Shown here: positions 29,026 to 34,589 of the stretch, piece by piece
Layout: the number at the start of each line of letters is the position of its first letter
Position numbering within the stretch: the stretch's first letter is position 1
NCBI GenBank assembly: GCA_014729445.1
Contig: WJJX01000111.1
Location: forward strand, 1 to 34,589
DNA length: 34,589 nt
From: Candidatus Moraniibacteriota bacterium
GTDB taxonomy: Bacteria > Patescibacteriota > Minisyncoccia > CAIUEV01 > JAHKAQ01
Reading direction: 5' to 3'
Made by a program: the position numbers and the translations under genes
Notes under the pieces: generated by a model
Told to the model about the DNA's origin: nothing
Seen by the model: only the letters and a program-made list of their open reading frames with translations
Databases searched by the model: none

Positions 29026-30573
29026 TTAGTAATGAATGTAGATTGGAGTGCCGACATCGGAAAAATTAAAAACCACTTCAGCAGGGCCGACTCCCAGTCT
29101 GATACAACCATGACTAACTGGAATTCCCAAGTGATCTTGTCCTTCTTTGTAGCCGTTAGGCCATTCCGGCAGCTCGTGAATATAATGGCCGGCTCCGGTA
29201 AAAGCCAGGGAATAAGGCATCCACAGTTTATATTGGTGAGACCAATGGCGTCTTTCTTTTCTAAGTACGGCATAGGTGCCGGTAGGAGTGGCCATTCCTC
29301 TTTTTCCGGTAGAGACTTTGTAGGTCCCGAGAAGAATGCCGTCGTTGTAAATACTCATTAGCTGGGTTGAAAGATTAACGTCGATGTATTTTCCATCTTT
29401 GAAAAACGGATCATCGATAGAGCTTCGGCCATCTCTAACAAAACCGCCCTTATTGCCGGTAATAAATTCGATGCCGACATCTTCTTTTAAGTAACTGTCG
29501 TTTTGAGCTTTAAGTCCTTCCTTTAGCAGAATTTTGTAATTGGTGTCTTGTTTGAAATTTTCCGGGATAACTACAGCGGTTTTTTTGTTTTGACTGAATT
29601 CGATTTTATAGGGAGTGGGGGGGGTAATTTTTAAATTGTCTCTTAAGCTTTCTTCTTTGAAAGGTTTGTCAAAGGTGATGGTAAATTTTTGGTCAGTTGA
29701 AACATCTCTTGTTCCTCCTTTTGGGTAACTCTCTACAAAGTTTAAAGGCTCCAAGGTGGCAAAAGAAAATTCTTTTAGAGTCTTAAATTGAGAACCTTCT
29801 TTGTCGGTTGTATATTTTTGAGAGACGACTACTTTGTACTTTTGATTAAGTTCCAATGGTTTTTTTGGGGTTAGTACGTATTCGGTTTTGTCTTCGTTGT
29901 GATCGATATCGAAGTCGATTAAAGTTACATAATTGTTGATATCTTTTTCGTTGATTTGAGGAATAGGAGATTCTATGTCGGAGAATTTTTCATTGGTACT
30001 TATAGTCGGCGTTTTTTGATCTGTTTGTTCGATGGGATTTTTTTCAAGCGGAATTCCCACTTTAAATTCAAGTTCGTAGTCGGCCGTTGATTTGTTAAAA
30101 TCGATAAAAATTTTTTCGTCTACTTTAACCCCCTGATCTTTGTACGGAGAGACTTTGACGATCTGGGGATATTCTTCAATGCGAAATTCTTTTGCGTTTT
30201 TGAAAGGGACAAAAAGAGAGCTTTCGCCCTGGAAAGTGAGGGTATATTTTTGGTTGGGCGAAAAAATTTCTTGGGGGATAAATTTAAAACCGGTCAGATC
30301 CTCCTCCCAAAAAAGATCTCCCTTTATTCCGGGGGAAATTTTAAAGCTTTTTTTTATGAGATAGGGTTTAACGGGTTGATTGAATTTTATGTGAATATCG
30401 GAGTCTGGTTTGATATTTTCTTTATGGTCGAGACTGTAAGTTGTTTTTGGAATTAGCAATTCGTTTTTATGAGTGGAAAGCAGATTGAAGAAAATATAGG
30501 ATATGGCAAAACAGATGATAACATATAAAAACCAGGAAGTGAAAAATTCTAATTTAGATCCTTTTTTTTTCAT
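29026..30573 (-). CDS. L,D-transpeptidase (YkuD family) with Ig-like domains
   Basis: N-terminal TM; Ig-like repeats (IHIKFNQPV, FTITFDKP); catalytic IHELP...VSHGCIRL with IDVNLSTQ and VSTGK...TPTG. Confidence 0.92.
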   Translation of the reverse strand: MKKKGSKLEFFTSWFLYVIICFAISYIFFNLLSTHKNELLIPKTTYSLDHKENIKPDSDIHIKFNQPVKPYLIKKSFKISPGIKGDLFWEEDLTGFKFIPQEIFSPNQKYTLTFQGESSLFVPFKNAKEFRIEEYPQIVKVSPYKDQGVKVDEKIFIDFNKSTADYELEFKVGIPLEKNPIEQTDQKTPTISTNEKFSDIESPIPQINEKDINNYVTLIDFDIDHNEDKTEYVLTPKKPLELNQKYKVVVSQKYTTDKEGSQFKTLKEFSFATLEPLNFVESYPKGGTRDVSTDQKFTITFDKPFKEESLRDNLKITPPTPYKIEFSQNKKTAVVIPENFKQDTNYKILLKEGLKAQNDSYLKEDVGIEFITGNKGGFVRDGRSSIDDPFFKDGKYIDVNLSTQLMSIYNDGILLGTYKVSTGKRGMATPTGTYAVLRKERRHWSHQYKLWMPYSLAFTGAGHYIHELPEWPNGYKEGQDHLGIPVSHGCIRLGVGPAEVVFNFSDVGTPIYIHY

Positions 30574-30678
30574 TATAATGATCGGATTATTTTATGATTT
30601 TTTGGCTCATTATCCTTGGGGTGAATTGATAATGGCCGGATTTTTTTTAAAATTTGATATTATTTAGATCTGTTTTTT

Positions 30679-30687
30679 ATTATAGCA
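30679..30687 (-). promoter_or_regulatory. Extended -10 promoter element for the L,D-transpeptidase gene
   Basis: Minus strand TGcTATAAT, about 105 nt upstream of the ATG. Confidence 0.45.
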
Positions 30688-30882
30688 TATTTTATTTTTT
30701 TACTTTATTTTTTAAAAAAAATCAATATAATTAAAATAGATGGAAGCCATGTCCGGTTCTTTTAATCAAATTCAAATATTATAAGACTCTCCGAGAGTGA
30801 AAAATTCTAAATTAAAAATCCTCGCTCCGAGAGCATGTTTAATCGGGAAATTACTCTTTATTTTAAATTTTATTTATTTTTT

Positions 30883-31428
30883 ATGCAGGGAGAGTTTTTA
30901 GTGGATTTAGTAAATCAAAGCAGTCAATTGGGTTATGATCTTTATCATTCCTGGCAGGGCACTGTTTTGCGTTGGGTCTTGGGTGGCTATACCTTGCTTT
31001 TTATTGTTAATATTACGATTATTCTTGTGAAATACAATAGAAAACTCTGGGAATATAATCTTTATGGCAATAAAACCAAAAAAACTTTTGAAAAATTGAA
31101 GAAAAAAAATCCTTTAGCAGCCTGGGACGAGATCAAATTAAATTTGGATTCGCCAAATGCGAAGGATTGGAAAACCGCCTTAGTCGAAGCTGAAAAAATG
31201 TTTGATAAAGAATTGATTAAGGCCGGATTTAGAGGAGAAGAGATTGGCGAGAGGATTAACCAATTGGGTCCTAGTGATTTGGAGAATGTTTCATTGGATG
31301 AGCTGTGGGATGCTCATAGAATTAAAAACAGTGTGGTTAATGATTCCAAATTTGAATTGACAAATCAGAGTGCTAGAATTGCGTTTGAGGCTTTTAGGAA
31401 GGCCGCCGCCGATTTATTAGCTAAATAA
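30883..31428 (+). CDS. Hypothetical membrane-anchored helical protein (possible degenerate HEPN-like fold)
   Basis: One TM helix (WVLGGYTLLFIVNITIILV), then WKTALVEAEKMFD...GEEIGER...LWDAHRIKN. Start is ATG 30883 or 30835. Confidence 0.75.
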   Translation: MQGEFLVDLVNQSSQLGYDLYHSWQGTVLRWVLGGYTLLFIVNITIILVKYNRKLWEYNLYGNKTKKTFEKLKKKNPLAAWDEIKLNLDSPNAKDWKTALVEAEKMFDKELIKAGFRGEEIGERINQLGPSDLENVSLDELWDAHRIKNSVVNDSKFELTNQSARIAFEAFRKAAADLLAK

Positions 31429-31449
31429 TAGTAGCCTTTGCCTCTATAA

Positions 31450-31482
31450 ATAAACGAACCGCGCGCCGCGCGGTTCGTTTAT
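31450..31482. terminator. Probable bidirectional terminator hairpin
   Basis: Perfect 15-bp inverted repeat ATAAACGAACCGCGC-gcc-GCGCGGTTCGTTTAT between convergent genes. Confidence 0.8.
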
Positions 31483-31503
31483 GGTTATGGTATAATGTGA
31501 TTT

Positions 31504-32700
31504 TTAATAGATATAGCCTTTAATAATTCCGCTTCGAGCGTCAATCGTTCTTGTATTTTTTACTCCCCAACCTTTGTAATTCATTTCACTAACGGTTACT
31601 TTATTGCCGCTTACTTTTTCGACGTAAGCCACATGGCCCCATCTACTTTCGTGGGTCACCATAATTGCTCCGGGAATCGGACTTTTTCCGGTCTTTGCTC
31701 CATAAGCCTTGGCGTGGTATAACCAGGTACCAGCGTTGCCTCCCCAGGGAACATGTCTTTTTGTAGCTACATACCAGGTACACCAGCCATAAGGGAATCG
31801 ATGCGCCGGATATTTGTTTAAGCCGGTCGACCTGGTGGGGCCCGTTATTTGAGCATCGGGATTGGCGGCCGTGTATCTTGCCATTAAAGCATCTTGATAT
31901 CTTGGCTCGTCTTCGATTTTTCCATCCGGAATGATAATTTCTTCACCAACGGCAAGCTCTCCGTCGGCCGAAAGATCGTTAAATTCAATAATTTTATCTT
32001 CTTTGGCTTCGTATTTTTTGGCTAATGCCTTTATGGTATCGCCGGATTTGACTTTGTGTTTAACACCGGTTGTAGGCAGGATAAAGATTTCGTCGCCGGG
32101 TTTTATCAGTGATTCTGAATTAAGATCGTTAGCCCATAAGATAGTGCTTGTAGTAATCGAATATTTTTGGGCAATCGAACTTACCGTATCGCCTTCTTTA
32201 ACCTTATAGATAAAGACATCCTGTTGGCCGCTGTTGAATTCTTCGGCCGTTGGATTGGCGGTGGCTTTCATAGAGCCTAAAACGGTGTTTTTTTCACCTT
32301 CCTCCTTTAAGAATTTTTCATAGTCGGCCAGTTCGTCGGTGTTAGTCATTGAGGCCAGGGCCAATGAATGAGGTTTTTCAACATTACCAAGACTGCCCAA
32401 ATAAGAACCCCCGTCTCTATTGAATAAAAAATTACCGTCAAGGATATTGCCGTTTTGGGAGTTGATATTGGCAAAAGAAATAGAAAGAGCGCAACCTAAA
32501 ACACCTACTCTTGCTAGATTTCTTCTTAAAAACCTGGCCAAAAAAGCTATTTTTCCTCTTTTTAAAAAACCTATCAGTTTGATTTGATAAGTATTGATTT
32601 TTCCACAAATAGCTTTAAATCTAGCGATGGCGGGAAAATGCTTTATGTGGTTGGTTTTCTTATATTGTTGCAACCTTTTTAATTTATCCCGATGTTCCAA
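31504..32700 (-). CDS. Peptidoglycan hydrolase with two LysM domains and a CHAP domain
   Basis: YKVKEGDTVSSIAQKY and HKVKSGDTIKALAKKY LysM repeats; CHAP GWCTWY and WGHVAYV. The start codon is uncertain. Confidence 0.92.
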   Translation of the reverse strand: MEHRDKLKRLQQYKKTNHIKHFPAIARFKAICGKINTYQIKLIGFLKRGKIAFLARFLRRNLARVGVLGCALSISFANINSQNGNILDGNFLFNRDGGSYLGSLGNVEKPHSLALASMTNTDELADYEKFLKEEGEKNTVLGSMKATANPTAEEFNSGQQDVFIYKVKEGDTVSSIAQKYSITTSTILWANDLNSESLIKPGDEIFILPTTGVKHKVKSGDTIKALAKKYEAKEDKIIEFNDLSADGELAVGEEIIIPDGKIEDEPRYQDALMARYTAANPDAQITGPTRSTGLNKYPAHRFPYGWCTWYVATKRHVPWGGNAGTWLYHAKAYGAKTGKSPIPGAIMVTHESRWGHVAYVEKVSGNKVTVSEMNYKGWGVKNTRTIDARSGIIKGYIY

Positions 32701-32846
32701 TTTATTAAAAAGGCTTCTTGCTTTTTTACTTATGGCTTTATAGCTCCTTTCAAGAAATAAATAAAACTTTCTTCATTATCTAAACTTAAACTTTGAAAGT
32801 TAATACTATTTCCTGATGTTAATTATTAGCTTTTTTGCCTAATATG

Positions 32847-32875
32847 AAGTTAGCAGATTTGGGAATTTTGGTCAA
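32847..32875 (-). promoter_or_regulatory. Possible sigma70 promoter for the LysM-CHAP gene
   Basis: Minus strand TTGACC (32875-32870), 17 nt, TGcTAACTT. Confidence 0.45.
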
Positions 32876-32989
32876 TATATTTTTGTTAAATCAGCTTTTG
32901 GAATCAGCCGGCCGGCCCAGACCAAGAATTGATTTAACAGCAGGGGCTGCGTTTAAAGCCATGCAGCGGATATTCCGCTGTTGGGGTTT

Positions 32990-34144
32990 TTATCTTTTTA
33001 ATATACCCTCATAGATTTGGAGAGTCTCTTTGGCGCAGGTTTCCCAGTCGAATCTTTCAATATTTTGAAGGCCGTTTTCGATCAGCTTTTTTCTTAAAGA
33101 TTTATTATGAATGGCTTTGTGAAGTTGGCTTACAAATTTATTTTTATTGTGCTTAATGTTAAATAAGATGCCGGCATCCTGGACAATTTCTTTGTGGCAG
33201 GAAAGATTGCTGGCCATTATAGGAACTTCGCTTTTCATAACTTCTGCCAGGGGGAGATTGAATCCTTCGTAAATGCTTGGAGAAACATATAAATGAGCCA
33301 TCGCGTAAACCACCGGGAGCTCTTCATTTTTGATGTATCCGATTAGTTTAACTCTTTCTCTGAGTACGGGATTCTGTTCTAGAATTTCGTCTATTCGTTC
33401 ATCATAATTTCGGGCTTTTTCTCCTCCAATTACCAAAACCGTTTCGTCGTCCTTGTAAAAAGAAATATAATTATTGAAAGCTTCGATTAGAAAAGGCAGA
33501 TTTTTTCGAGGCTGCAGAGAGCTTATGTTTAAAATATAGCGGTAAAAAAGGTTGTATTTCTTTCTGATTTTATTGATGAATTCATTTTTAAACTCTCTAA
33601 GGGGCTTGAAATTTTCCTTGTTGATTCCGTTGTAAACGGTACTTATTTTGGAGGAGGGGGTTTTATAATTTTTGGTGATTTCGTTTTTGGTGAAGTTGGA
33701 AACGGCAATTATATGATCCGCTCTTTTAAGGCTTCGGGGTATGAAAAAATTTAAAAGCAGTCTGTCTATGAACTGGATATACTCGGGATGCTTGAGAAAA
33801 GAAATATCGTGAATGGTGGTTATGAGTTTGGTTTTTTTAGGGAGGCGCAGGGGGGTTATGTATTGGACATGAACTAAATCGATTTTCTTTTCTTTGACGA
33901 ATTTAGCTAAAGAGTATTGCGTCCAGAAAATTTTATTGCCTGGAGTTAGGGTAACGATTTTGAAATTCTTGGGCAGTTTTCTTAGGATTCTTTTTGCAAT
34001 GGATTCTCCCTCATAGGAATCGGTGCATAAATAATAGCTGTTTCTACTGTCAATTTGAGCCAGATTTTTGATGAGATTGGTGATATAGATTTCGTCTCCG
34101 GTCTGTCTTTTTCCGATTTTTCTAATATCAAGGGCGATTTTCAT
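32990..34144 (-). CDS. Glycosyltransferase family 4
   Basis: MKIALDIR, TIHDIS, AVSNFTK, VYNGI, RKN, PSIYEGFNLPLAE. Confidence 0.92.
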   Translation of the reverse strand: MKIALDIRKIGKRQTGDEIYITNLIKNLAQIDSRNSYYLCTDSYEGESIAKRILRKLPKNFKIVTLTPGNKIFWTQYSLAKFVKEKKIDLVHVQYITPLRLPKKTKLITTIHDISFLKHPEYIQFIDRLLLNFFIPRSLKRADHIIAVSNFTKNEITKNYKTPSSKISTVYNGINKENFKPLREFKNEFINKIRKKYNLFYRYILNISSLQPRKNLPFLIEAFNNYISFYKDDETVLVIGGEKARNYDERIDEILEQNPVLRERVKLIGYIKNEELPVVYAMAHLYVSPSIYEGFNLPLAEVMKSEVPIMASNLSCHKEIVQDAGILFNIKHNKNKFVSQLHKAIHNKSLRKKLIENGLQNIERFDWETCAKETLQIYEGILKR

Positions 34145-34236
34145 GAAAATAACTGTTTAAAATTTAACTTAAGATGGCTTATTTCCATTTAATCAGGTTT
34201 TTCAAAAATTTCAAATTTAATTTTCGGGTTTTGAAT

Positions 34237-34587
34237 TTAGAAATTTTTTTCTTGATATTGGACCGCTTCCGCCAGGTGATTTGTATTGATTTTTTTTTGA
34301 TTGTCAAAATCGGCAATGGTTCTTGCCACTTTAAGGATTCTAAAATAGCTTCGGGTGGAAAAATCAAAAGCTTTAACGGCTTTTTTAAGGAAAATTTTAG
34401 CTTCCTTTTCCAAAGTGCAGAACTGGTAAATTTCTTCCTGGGTCATGGCCGAGTTTAAAAAAGTGGTTGAATTTTTGAATCTTTGTTTTTGGATTTCCCT
34501 GACTTTTTCAATCAAGAGTTTAAAACCGGAGGAGTTAATTTTTGATTTTTTTTGGAGTCTTTTAAATTTTACTTTGGGAACGTTTAT
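34237..34587 (-). CDS. YifB/ComM-family Mg-chelatase-like AAA ATPase, C-terminal part (5'-truncated)
   Basis: Frame is open to the window edge: INVPKV...VREIQKQRF...LNSAM...STRSYFRILKVARTIAD...HLAEAVQY. Confidence 0.85.
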   Translation of the reverse strand: MNVPKVKFKRLQKKSKINSSGFKLLIEKVREIQKQRFKNSTTFLNSAMTQEEIYQFCTLEKEAKIFLKKAVKAFDFSTRSYFRILKVARTIADFDNQKKINTNHLAEAVQYQEKNF

Positions 34588-34589
34588 GA

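Noticed and set aside
32883-32990. c-di-AMP (ydaO) riboswitch or SRP RNA
   Set aside because: I could not find the conserved ydaO segments or the SRP GGAA-tetraloop domain. Kept as an unassigned structured element.

Overview
AT-rich, gene-dense bacterial chromosome segment spanning the probable replication origin. The gene content and style suggest a Patescibacteria/CPR (Parcubacteria-like) genome (inference): TrbC/VirB2-like pilin, orphan pilM, lamin-tail-domain protein, DUF4012, N-terminally truncated MurE, short EF-Ts, tRNA-Arg(UCG), and A-rich leaders without Shine-Dalgarno. Left to right: TPR protein (partial), tRNA-Thr(GGT), rpsB-tsf-gyrB, pilM, membrane coiled-coil protein, AlkD-like glycosylase, tRNA-Arg(TCG), orphan OmpR-type regulator, pilin, LTD protein, dnaN-oriC-dnaA, a divergent operon (membrane protein X1-scpA-membrane protein X2-scpB-small ORF), gpmI, cca, metallophosphoesterase, murE, two GT4s, DUF4012, L,D-transpeptidase, a membrane protein, LysM-CHAP hydrolase, a third GT4 and partial comM/yifB. 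Main candidate novel system: the origin-adjacent operon in which scpA and scpB alternate with two paralogous membrane proteins sharing an unrecognised C-terminal domain, transcribed from a promoter whose -35 overlaps that of dnaA. Also notable: gyrB has a single in-frame TGA at a conserved Gly codon and a PVFGK variant of the PLRGK motif, and several intergenic regions hold structured RNA candidates. No CRISPR array, rRNA or mobile element was seen.
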